Positions 7,768-15,617 of a stretch of DNA of 16,370 nucleotides are shown piece by piece. Position numbers and translations under genes: made by a program. Under the pieces are notes generated by a model that saw only the letters and a program-made list of their open reading frames with translations, was not told where the DNA came from and did no database searches. Position 1 is the first letter of the stretch. Each line of letters opens with the position of its first letter. The stretch is from a virus (Duplodnaviria; Heunggongvirae; Uroviricota; Caudoviricetes), in the IMG/VR virus record IMGVR_UViG_2724679059_000001; one strand, written 5' to 3'.

Positions 7768-8720
7768 TGTATGCCGTTTTAGGAGAGATTGAATTTAAGG
7801 TTGTCGCATTCTGGGACGGCTTTAAAAGCACAATGGGCGTGGATTACGCCACACATGCCCGTATAGAAGGCAAACCCGGTGTGCAGTTTATTGGCGATAA
7901 GCTGGATATGCTGGCGCTGGAATTTTCCCTGCACAGCCAGTTTTGCCAGCCCACAACAGAGCTTAATCGACTGCGTGAAGCCATGCTTGCTCACAAGGCG
8001 ATGGCACTGGTATTTGGCAATGGCGATTATCGCGGCTGGTTTGTAATTACGGAGCTAACCGCCACCCACCAGCACACCGATCCCTGGGGCAATGTGATTG
8101 CCCAAAACGGAACGATGTCGCTCCAGGAGTACACCGGCGATCCTAAAAATCCACTTTTACCTCCGGCGATTACCACCCAGGAGCCTAACATTGAGGAAAA
8201 GGCGAGCGATTTTCCCGACATGGTGGAGTCCTGGTTTGATCAGATATTAAACGCCATCGAAGAAGGTATGCGTAAGGCCAAAGAGATGCTGGATGAACTG
8301 ACACAAGCCATTGAAGATATTAAAAAAACGGTGGCAAAAGTGAAAGCAATGATTAAAGAGGCCAAAGTGTTAAAAGAAAAGTGTGAAAAGATAATTACGT
8401 CATTGAAAAAGACAATCGACGCCATCGAAACCCTGTTTAAACAGCCAATGGATCTGCAAACGCTGGCAGGACTCCCAAAAGCGTTGTCGGCGCAGATTAA
8501 AACTTTACTGGGTAACATGCCAGGTATCCGGGACTGCGCCAATGACGCCAGTACACTGGTTGACCATGCTCAGGCGCTTTTCGACGACATTACCAGCGAC
8601 ATCGCCGAAGCGACGTTTGATAAAGCCGCAACGTTGGTTGATCAGGCACGAACAACGGTACAACAAACCACTCCCACAGTGAGCCAGCTTGCTGCCGCGA
8701 CCATTACGAGGATCTGGTGA
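7767..8720 (+). CDS. tail protein with P2 gpU-like N-terminal domain and Lys/Glu-rich helical C-terminal extension
   Basis: 317-aa ORF between the tape-measure and gpX/gpD genes, the gpU position in P2-type order. C-terminal ~170 aa is K/E-rich and encoded by a visibly AT-rich stretch (about 8220-8480). Confidence 0.55.
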   Translation: MYAVLGEIEFKVVAFWDGFKSTMGVDYATHARIEGKPGVQFIGDKLDMLALEFSLHSQFCQPTTELNRLREAMLAHKAMALVFGNGDYRGWFVITELTATHQHTDPWGNVIAQNGTMSLQEYTGDPKNPLLPPAITTQEPNIEEKASDFPDMVESWFDQILNAIEEGMRKAKEMLDELTQAIEDIKKTVAKVKAMIKEAKVLKEKCEKIITSLKKTIDAIETLFKQPMDLQTLAGLPKALSAQIKTLLGNMPGIRDCANDASTLVDHAQALFDDITSDIAEATFDKAATLVDQARTTVQQTTPTVSQLAAATITRIW

Positions 8721-8929
8721 TGCGATACCTTGAACATATCACCACCGACGGCGAACGCTGGGATAATCTGGCATGGCATTACTACGGTGATGCGCTGGCT
8801 TATGAACGCATAATCGTCGCCAATCCACATGTCGCCATTTACCCGGTACTGCCTTCCGGTATTCAGCTCATTATTCCGGTCATTTCCGTCAATAAAACCT
8901 TATCGGAGATCCCACCATGGCTGAGATAA
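8720..8929 (+). CDS. tail protein X (P2 gpX-like, LysM-like)
   Basis: About 70 aa with the YYGD...ANP...LP.G pattern typical of gpX; overlaps the flanking genes. Confidence 0.7.
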   Translation: MRYLEHITTDGERWDNLAWHYYGDALAYERIIVANPHVAIYPVLPSGIQLIIPVISVNKTLSEIPPWLR

Positions 8930-9957
8930 GCGTAACTGGTGGCGTCTTTGCCACACTCACGCCCATTTTTACCCTCTGGTATGGGCATAAAGATATCACT
9001 TATGACATCACACCCTATGTCACCAGCATCAGTTACCACGACAGCATCAAAAACGAGTCAGATACCATCGCGATTACACTGGATGACACCGATGGACGCT
9101 GGATAAAAGAGTGGTATCCCGGCAAAGGCGATACGCTGGCGCTGCATATGGGTTATCAGGGGGAAAAGCTGCTCGATTGTGGTCAGTATATTATTGATAA
9201 AATTGATATTTCAGCGCCACCTTCTACGGTAAATATTGATGGCATCGCCACTTCCGTCAATCAGGCGCTGCGTACCCGTAACAGCCAGGGCTTTGAAGAA
9301 ACGACGCTTTCGGCTATCGCCAGCCGTATCGCCCAAACGCACGGTCTGAAACTGGTGGGCAAAATCGAGCCGCTCACCATCGACCGGGTAACGCAGTATG
9401 GTGAAACCGATGTCGGATTTCTCAAGCGCCTGGCCAGCGAATATGGCTATGCGGTAAAGGTGACCACCAAAGAACTGATTTTTTCGCATTTACCCACGCT
9501 GCGCTGCCTGGCGCCGGTAAAAACGATCGACCGCAAAGACGTTTCGCATTTCACCTTCAAAGATACCATTAACCGTATCTACAAAAATGCCACCGTACAG
9601 CATCAAAATAGTAAGAAAAAAGAACTGGTTATCTACACCCACGACAGCCAGCAAAAACCGTCTACCCGTGGAGTCGGCACCAGTGCCGACACGCTAAAAC
9701 TGAACAGTCGGGCGCCGGACGTTGGCGCGGCACAGGCAAAGGCCAACGCCGCGCTCGACAGCCACAACGAATATCAACAAACCGGAACGCTCAGGATGAT
9801 GGGCTGCCCGGAACTGACGGCGGGCAATAAAATTGAACTGACCGATTTTGGCGTGCTTTCCGGTCAGTGGCTGATTGATAAATCGACTCACAGTTTTGTG
9901 CGCAGCGGCTATACCACTGAAATCGACGTGTCACGCGGGCCAGCGACCAGCCAGTAA
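8917..9957 (+). CDS. baseplate hub / tail protein D (P2 gpD-like)
   Basis: 346-aa ORF directly after the gpX-like gene, the conserved X-D order. Size and position fit the hub protein. Confidence 0.8.
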   Translation: MAEISVTGGVFATLTPIFTLWYGHKDITYDITPYVTSISYHDSIKNESDTIAITLDDTDGRWIKEWYPGKGDTLALHMGYQGEKLLDCGQYIIDKIDISAPPSTVNIDGIATSVNQALRTRNSQGFEETTLSAIASRIAQTHGLKLVGKIEPLTIDRVTQYGETDVGFLKRLASEYGYAVKVTTKELIFSHLPTLRCLAPVKTIDRKDVSHFTFKDTINRIYKNATVQHQNSKKKELVIYTHDSQQKPSTRGVGTSADTLKLNSRAPDVGAAQAKANAALDSHNEYQQTGTLRMMGCPELTAGNKIELTDFGVLSGQWLIDKSTHSFVRSGYTTEIDVSRGPATSQ

Positions 9958-9966
9958 GGAGGAAAT

Positions 9967-10668
9967 ATGAAAGGAGTAACCCGTCAAACGGGGATTATCA
10001 GCGATATTGACGAAACCAGCGTTCGGGTGCGAGTCACGCTTCCGGAGTGTGACAATCTGAAGAGCAACTGGCTTGCGGTACTTCAACGCAATTCCCAGGA
10101 CAATAAAGACTACTGGCTACCGGATATGGGCGAGCAAGTGGAAGTTCTGCTGGACAATAACGGTGAAGATGGCGTGGTGCTGGGCGCAGTTTATTCTACG
10201 GTTGACACCGCGCCTGTGGCCTCGCGCGATAAACGTTACGTCCAGTTTTCTGATGGCGCAGCGTTTGAATATGACCGCAGCACCCACCAGCTGACGATTA
10301 ACGGCGGTATCGAGAAAATCGTGATTGAGGTTATCGACAGTACCCGCCTGACATCACCCAACGTTGAGATTAAAGCCCAACAGGTCACCGTGACTTCCGA
10401 TACCGTCGATATTAAAGCGACCGATGTCAGCATCGACGCCACTAAGGTCGATGTTAAAGCGGCAGCAGTGACGGTAGATGCGCCCATGAGCACCTTTACT
10501 GGCAATGTCACGGTAATGAAAAAACTCACCTGGCTTGGCGGGATGGCAGGAAGTGGAGGCATCGGTAACGCCGCCACGATAACTGGCAATGTCAACGTGA
10601 TCGGCAACGTTCAGGCCAGCGGCGCATTGCAGGACAGCGGTGGCAACTCCAACCACCATACACACTGA
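9967..10668 (+). CDS. baseplate central spike (P2 gpV / T4 gp5-like)
   Basis: Perfect AAGGAGG RBS. N-terminal OB-like region followed by beta-helix repeats (VTVTSDTVDIKATDVSIDATKVDVKAAAVTVDAP) and a His-rich C-terminus (NSNHHTH), consistent with a metal-binding spike apex. Confidence 0.85.
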   Translation: MKGVTRQTGIISDIDETSVRVRVTLPECDNLKSNWLAVLQRNSQDNKDYWLPDMGEQVEVLLDNNGEDGVVLGAVYSTVDTAPVASRDKRYVQFSDGAAFEYDRSTHQLTINGGIEKIVIEVIDSTRLTSPNVEIKAQQVTVTSDTVDIKATDVSIDATKVDVKAAAVTVDAPMSTFTGNVTVMKKLTWLGGMAGSGGIGNAATITGNVNVIGNVQASGALQDSGGNSNHHTH

Positions 10669-10673
10669 CGTTT

Positions 10674-10703
10674 AACCCGCCTGATGGCGGGTTTTCTCTT
10701 TTT
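10674..10703 (+). terminator. rho-independent terminator inside the tail cluster, between spike and wedge genes
   Basis: Stem AACCCGCC (10674-10681) / GGCGGGTT (10686-10693) with loop TGAT, followed by the T-rich run TTCTCTTTTT, 6 nt after the spike stop. Confidence 0.6.
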
Positions 10704-10766
10704 AATCAATCAGTTTTCTAAATCGCTTTAATATCGCCACAGCCCGTTCAGGGCGAAAATACCCTC

Positions 10767-11126
10767 ATGAACACAAAAACACGACCCTCAACGCTGCACT
10801 GGCAACCGGCCTTGCAGCGGCCTGAAGAATACGTCTGCGGACTGGATGATATTCACCAGGCAATACACATCATTCTGCGCACACCGCGCGGCAGTGATCC
10901 CCACAGACCGCTGTTTGGCAGCAACTTGTGGCACTACATCGATTACCCCATCGAGCGGGCAATTCCGCATGTGGTACGGGAGTCGGTGGAAGCCATCCGC
11001 CAGTGGGAGCCGCGCTGTCGGTTGCTGAAGGTGACACCAGTAATCGACGGCGAACATCTGACGTTACGTGTGCAATGGCGCGCCGCTGACGGCGTTATCA
11101 ACTCAACGGAGGTGTTATGGCGATAG
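10767..11126 (+). CDS. baseplate wedge protein (GPW / gp25 family)
   Basis: 119-aa ORF with gp25-like motifs (ILRTPRGSDPHRPLFGSNL...WEPR). Confidence 0.85.
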   Translation: MNTKTRPSTLHWQPALQRPEEYVCGLDDIHQAIHIILRTPRGSDPHRPLFGSNLWHYIDYPIERAIPHVVRESVEAIRQWEPRCRLLKVTPVIDGEHLTLRVQWRAADGVINSTEVLWR

Positions 11127-12232
11127 CCGAACCCAATTTTATTGACCGCGATCCTGCGCAAATTACCAGTGAGATGATTGCGCAATACGAAGATGCCAGC
11201 GGTAAAAAACTCTATCCGGCACAGGCTGAGCGGTTGCTCATCGACCTGTTTGCCTATCGTGAAAACCTTGTACGCATCGCCATTCAGGAAGCGGCGAAAC
11301 AGAACCTGGTCGCGTATTCCCGCGCGCCAATGCTGGATTATTTAGGGGAGTTGGTGGGCGTTCACCGTTTGCCTGCGCAGCCGGCAAAAACGACGTTGCA
11401 GTTTTCGGTCGTCAGCGCGTATACCAGCAATATCCTGATTCCCCAGGGAACGCGGGCCAGTGCCTCTGATAGCGTGATGTTCGCCACCGATGAAGATGTT
11501 CTGCTTCCGGCCAGGAGTTTGCATATCGCCGTTCCTGCCACCAGCCTCGCAGCAGGTGAACAGGGTAACGGCTGGCAGCCTGCACAAATTAGCGCACTGG
11601 TCGACAGGATTGGTCATTATGACATCAACGTAACCAACCTGACTGCGTCAACGGGCGGCTGCGGTGAAGAGAGCGATGACGCATTGCGCCAGCGTATCCA
11701 ACTGGCACCAGAAAGCTTTAGTAATGCGGGCAGCTATGGTGCCTACCGCTTTCATACGCTTTCTGTTAGCCAGTCGATTATTGACGTTGCAGTACTGGGG
11801 CCGGACGAGGGATTGCCAGAAGGCTGCGTGGAGATCTACCCGCTAACTCTGAACGGACTGCCGGGAATAGAACTGCTCGCGCAAATTGAACAGGAGGTTA
11901 GCAAGGAGAAAAAACGTCCGCTGACCGACAAAGTGAGTGCGAAATGCGCTCTTCGAGTGCCATATGAGATCCGTGCGCAGCTAACGCTGTTTACCACCGC
12001 CGATCAGGAGACAACGCTGGCTGCAGCGCGTAAAGCGATTAGCCTCTGGACGCAACAGCGGCAGAAACATCTGGGGCAGGACATTGTGCCAAACCAGATA
12101 ATCAAAGTGTTACAGGTCGATGGCGTCTATGACGTTGCGCTGAATATGCCTACAAAACGTATTTTGCAGGCGCATGAGTGGGCGGAATGCACCGCAATAG
12201 ACGTCACGATTGCCGGAGTCAGCGATGGATAA
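11117..12232 (+). CDS. baseplate protein J (P2 gpJ / T4 gp6-like)
   Basis: 371-aa ORF in the W-J-I order; overlaps both neighbours. Confidence 0.85.
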   Translation: MAIAEPNFIDRDPAQITSEMIAQYEDASGKKLYPAQAERLLIDLFAYRENLVRIAIQEAAKQNLVAYSRAPMLDYLGELVGVHRLPAQPAKTTLQFSVVSAYTSNILIPQGTRASASDSVMFATDEDVLLPARSLHIAVPATSLAAGEQGNGWQPAQISALVDRIGHYDINVTNLTASTGGCGEESDDALRQRIQLAPESFSNAGSYGAYRFHTLSVSQSIIDVAVLGPDEGLPEGCVEIYPLTLNGLPGIELLAQIEQEVSKEKKRPLTDKVSAKCALRVPYEIRAQLTLFTTADQETTLAAARKAISLWTQQRQKHLGQDIVPNQIIKVLQVDGVYDVALNMPTKRILQAHEWAECTAIDVTIAGVSDG

Positions 12233-12857
12233 ATTGCTGCCACCGCCGCCGCTTGCCAGCGATGAGCGTTTTTCGATTCTGGCAAATATCGCCGCCGAGC
12301 GTTTTGCCCAACTCGATCTGACGGCGTTGATGGTTTATCTGATCGACCAGGTTGATGCTTCGGCATTACCAGCCCTTGCAGAACAATTTCACGTTCAGGG
12401 GCTGGAAGGTTGGTTATTTACCACCGATGAGCGGGAGAAACGCGAGTTAATTAAACAAGCCATTGAACTGCATAAATATAAAGGAACAATTTGGGCGGTG
12501 CGGCGGGTGCTGGAAATACTCTCATTACCAGGAACTATTTCAGAATGGTTTGAATATGGGGGAAGGGCTTATTTTTTTAAGGTGGATATAGCGCTGGTGG
12601 ATAAAGGCCTGGATGAAAACCTTTTCAATGATTTGGTAGAACTCATTCATGAATATAAAAACACACGTTCAAAACTGGAAGCATTAATCGTCTGGATCAT
12701 TAACCAAAGTGCTATTCCTGTTATTGGCTGTGCACTTTATGGTGGTGAACTGACGACGGTTTTACCTTTCCAGATACGGGAAGTACAGCACAACACATCG
12801 ATTTATTACGGAACAGGGCAATGGAGCCTTGAAATTACATCTATTTACCCGGAGTAA
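12225..12857 (+). CDS. tail protein I (P2 gpI-like)
   Basis: N-terminal LLPPPPLASDERFSILANIAAERF and a KGT motif match the gpI family from memory. ATG 12225 overlaps the J stop; the longest ORF starts at TTG 12210. Confidence 0.8.
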   Translation: MDKLLPPPPLASDERFSILANIAAERFAQLDLTALMVYLIDQVDASALPALAEQFHVQGLEGWLFTTDEREKRELIKQAIELHKYKGTIWAVRRVLEILSLPGTISEWFEYGGRAYFFKVDIALVDKGLDENLFNDLVELIHEYKNTRSKLEALIVWIINQSAIPVIGCALYGGELTTVLPFQIREVQHNTSIYYGTGQWSLEITSIYPE

Positions 12858-12859
12858 TT

Positions 12860-14518
12860 ATGGACAATGAGTTTTATACTCTACTCACCGACAGGGGAAT
12901 GGCAAAAATTGCCAATGCTCTGGCGGATAAAAAACAGCTTCATCTACAAAAAATGGCTGTTGGTGACAGCGGAGGACAATATTATGAACCCACCGTCAGC
13001 CAAACTAAATTACGCCATGAAGTATGGCGCGGTGATTTAAATACATTAACAGTTGCACCCAATAACCCTAACTGGTTAATTGCGGAACTCGTGCTGCCCG
13101 AAAATATCGGCGGCTGGTATGTACGTGAAGTCGGCGTTTTTGATACCGATGGTGAACTCATTGCTATCGGTAAATTCCCGGAGTCGTATAAACCACTATT
13201 ACCCGGCGGCAGCGGTAAGCAAGTTTGCATTCGCCTGATTATGGAAGTTTCCAACACGACTGCGGTAACACTCACCGTTGACCCCAGTATTGTACTGGCA
13301 ACACGGGATTATGTTGATTCACAACTGGATGAACATGAGCGTTCGACTAATCATCCTGATGCTACGTTAACGCAAAAAGGCTTTACACAGTTGAGTAACG
13401 CCACTGACAGTGATGACGAAACCAAAGCGGCTACGCCAAAAGCGGTGAAAGCGGCAATGATTGAGGCTCGAAATCATCGTCATACCTGGAGTCAGATTAC
13501 TGATATACCAGATGGTACGCTGACACAAAAAGGGATTGTGAAGCTTAATAACGCGACAGACAGCAACAGTACGACGGAGGCGGCGACACCGAGCGCGGTG
13601 AAGGCGGCATATGACCTGGCGAATAGTAAGGCTGCGGGAAACCATACTCACCCATGGGGACAGATTACGGGTGTTCCAGACGGCACCCTGTCGCAAAAAG
13701 GGATTGTGAAGCTTAATAACGCGACGGATAGCAACAGTACGACGGAGGCGGCGACACCGAGCGCGGTGAAGGCGGCAATGGATAAGGCAAAAACTGCAGC
13801 TCCAGCTAATCATACCCACACTAGTTTTTATACTACAAATGGAACATTTATAGTTCCTGAGGGCGTAACAATATTATTTGTGGAAATTATGGGCGGCGGA
13901 GGTGGGGGGGCCGGAGGAGCACAATCATCACATTATGAAGCCTGCGGAGGTAATGCAGGAGAATTGATTGTTGATTACTTAAACGTGGCACCAGGCCAGC
14001 ATTTTTCAGTAAAGATCGGAGCTGGAGGTAATGGAGGTCCTTTTTGGAACAATCCACCTGTTTCACAAATAAAGTATTCGTATGATAAAACAGAGACAAC
14101 ACAAAAAAGCTTTGATGGTGGAGACTCTTCGTTTTCTAATCTAACTGCAAAAGGTGGCCATGGAGGATATAACATTTATCACTCTAACACTACGCAGCCT
14201 TATATAAAATTCAGTGACGATCCTAAAGGTACTCCACCAAATGCAATACCGTCATCTGCAGAATTTTATCCTGGAAAGAATGGTGAAAATTCTATATATG
14301 GAAAGGGAGGGGCTTCAGGTACTGTTATTACAGAAAACCTAAGTAATGGTGGAAAAAAAGCAGTAATGGCAAAGCCAACAGCAGCAACAGGTTATGGTTC
14401 TGGAGGAGCTGGGGGATCTTATTTACCTCCTTTTCAATATAAAAATAATGAGTTAACAAATTTAGGCAATACTAGCGGAACAAAAGGTGCCTCTGGCTTC
14501 GTAAAAATATCATGGTAA
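12860..14518 (+). CDS. tail fiber protein: P2 gpH / R-pyocin-fiber-like N-terminus, tandem fiber repeats, glycine-rich C-terminal receptor-binding domain
   Basis: N-terminal ~150 aa (LLTDRGMAKIANALA...MAVGDSGGQ...AELVLPENIGGWYVREVGVFDTDGELIAIGKFPESYKP...ATRDYVDSQL) matches the conserved baseplate-attachment domain of P2 gpH-type fibers. Three fiber repeats (TLTQKGIVKLNNATDS...AATPSAVKAA) follow, then an AT-rich Gly-rich C-terminus. Confidence 0.85.
   Translation: MDNEFYTLLTDRGMAKIANALADKKQLHLQKMAVGDSGGQYYEPTVSQTKLRHEVWRGDLNTLTVAPNNPNWLIAELVLPENIGGWYVREVGVFDTDGELIAIGKFPESYKPLLPGGSGKQVCIRLIMEVSNTTAVTLTVDPSIVLATRDYVDSQLDEHERSTNHPDATLTQKGFTQLSNATDSDDETKAATPKAVKAAMIEARNHRHTWSQITDIPDGTLTQKGIVKLNNATDSNSTTEAATPSAVKAAYDLANSKAAGNHTHPWGQITGVPDGTLSQKGIVKLNNATDSNSTTEAATPSAVKAAMDKAKTAAPANHTHTSFYTTNGTFIVPEGVTILFVEIMGGGGGGAGGAQSSHYEACGGNAGELIVDYLNVAPGQHFSVKIGAGGNGGPFWNNPPVSQIKYSYDKTETTQKSFDGGDSSFSNLTAKGGHGGYNIYHSNTTQPYIKFSDDPKGTPPNAIPSSAEFYPGKNGENSIYGKGGASGTVITENLSNGGKKAVMAKPTAATGYGSGGAGGSYLPPFQYKNNELTNLGNTSGTKGASGFVKISW
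13369..13790 (+). repeat. in-frame tandem repeat array inside the tail fiber gene (3 copies, about 168-bp period)
   Basis: 13526-13609 and 13694-13777 are 82/84 nt identical; a more diverged copy lies at about 13369-13450. Each encodes a T..KG(I/F)..L.NATDS...AATP.AVKAA unit followed by an H-x-H motif. Confidence 0.75.
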
Positions 14519-14524
14519 TTAAAA

Positions 14525-15139
14525 ATGACAAAATATGCTTGTTTTGATCCTGAAACATTTATCGTTCTGGACTGGATCGATACAGAACACTACAACTATC
14601 CTAAAGTAGAACATTTAGTTGAAATAACTGATCAGCAATGGCAGACATATGCGAAAGCTAATATCCCAATTTGGATTAACTGTGAAGATTTATCCTTTAT
14701 CTCTACGCCACCACCAGATAGATTTCACAAACTAAAAAAAGGAGAATGGATAGTTGATACAGATTCAATGCTTAAATTTATTTCAGAAATAAAAGCGGAT
14801 ATAATAAGAAGAATAAAATCCAAACGGGATTACGTCACAACCGATTACATCATCATCAACAACCATCACTTCCACAGTGATACAAACAGCCGTATCCAAC
14901 AGCTCTCACTCACAAAAATGGGAGCGGAGAAAAAAATCCCTCCAGGGTTAATGTGGAAAACTAAAAATAACGGTCTGATCGAGTTAACCAACGAGATCGC
15001 CGCCCAGTTTGAATCGGTAACAATGGATCACGATATGCGCCTGTTCGCCAATGCCCAGCACCATATCGCGGCGGTGGAAGCTCTGGACGATATTCAGGCG
15101 GTGCTCGACTACGATTATTCAACAGGCTGGCAAGCATGA
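14525..15139 (+). CDS. tail fiber assembly protein (P2 gpG / Mu U-like chaperone)
   Basis: 204-aa ORF immediately after the fiber. The C-terminal half (FANAQHHIAAVEALDDIQAVLDYDYSTGW) resembles the conserved Tfa region; the N-terminal half is AT-rich like the fiber tip. Confidence 0.8.
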   Translation: MTKYACFDPETFIVLDWIDTEHYNYPKVEHLVEITDQQWQTYAKANIPIWINCEDLSFISTPPPDRFHKLKKGEWIVDTDSMLKFISEIKADIIRRIKSKRDYVTTDYIIINNHHFHSDTNSRIQQLSLTKMGAEKKIPPGLMWKTKNNGLIELTNEIAAQFESVTMDHDMRLFANAQHHIAAVEALDDIQAVLDYDYSTGWQA

Positions 15140-15591
15140 GTAAAACCACTGTCTGGCTCGCTTGTTATAAGGGCCGAACAGAGCACCGTGGTATTGCCCG
15201 ACTGGCTGACTGGCTTACCCGTAAAATCACGCGCGGTAGTTATTCCCACTGTGAATTAGCCGTTAAGCATGGTGAAAAGAGTTACCTTTGTTACTCTGCA
15301 TCACTGCGCGATCGCGGTGTACGCGGAAAGATAATGCCATTGCCAGCGGATAAGTGGGATATGCTGCCGCTCCAGGCCAGCCTTCAGGACGTGGAAGCGT
15401 TTTTCCATAAACATGATGGCAAAAAATATGATTGGCGCGGCGCGCTTGGAATTATTACCGGTAATAAAGAACAGCGTGAACGCCTGTTTTGCAGCGAATT
15501 TTGTGCCGAATTTCTGCAATTAAAGGAGAGTTGGCGCTATTCCCCAAACCACTTGTACGCTTTAGTCAGTAGCTGGCAATATCAGCCGTAA
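15136..15591 (+). CDS. hypothetical Cys/His-rich protein; cargo gene translationally coupled to the tail-fiber assembly gene
   Basis: 151-aa ORF whose ATG overlaps the Tfa stop (ATGA at 15136-15139). Contains SHCE and FCSEFC motifs; I do not recognise the family with confidence. Confidence 0.5.
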   Translation: MSKTTVWLACYKGRTEHRGIARLADWLTRKITRGSYSHCELAVKHGEKSYLCYSASLRDRGVRGKIMPLPADKWDMLPLQASLQDVEAFFHKHDGKKYDWRGALGIITGNKEQRERLFCSEFCAEFLQLKESWRYSPNHLYALVSSWQYQP

Positions 15592-15596
15592 AATAA

Positions 15597-15617
15597 CGCC
15601 GGGCTTCACGCCCGGCG
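15597..15617. terminator. hairpin terminator shared by the convergent genes
   Basis: Perfect 8-bp stem CGCCGGGC (15597-15604) / GCCCGGCG (15610-15617) with a 5-nt loop. On the - strand it is followed by TTATTTTA, so it reads as an intrinsic terminator for the nucleotidyltransferase gene; it sits 6 nt after the + strand stop at 15591. Confidence 0.55.

Noticed and set aside
13369-13790. Possible CRISPR-like or satellite array
   Set aside because: Only three copies, about 168-bp period, in-frame and coding within the fiber gene; no short repeat-spacer structure and no cas genes. This is a protein tandem repeat.
13367-13819. 150-aa - strand ORF with an internally repeated peptide (RLHRARCRRLRRTVA twice)
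   Set aside because: The repeat is just the reverse-complement reading of the fiber-gene tandem repeats; not an independent gene.
12860-15139. Invertible fiber segment (Mu G-segment or P2/e14-type shufflon with gin/pin invertase)
   Set aside because: No recombinase-like ORF and no inverted alternative fiber or Tfa cassette follow the fiber; the next genes are the small cargo ORF and a nucleotidyltransferase.
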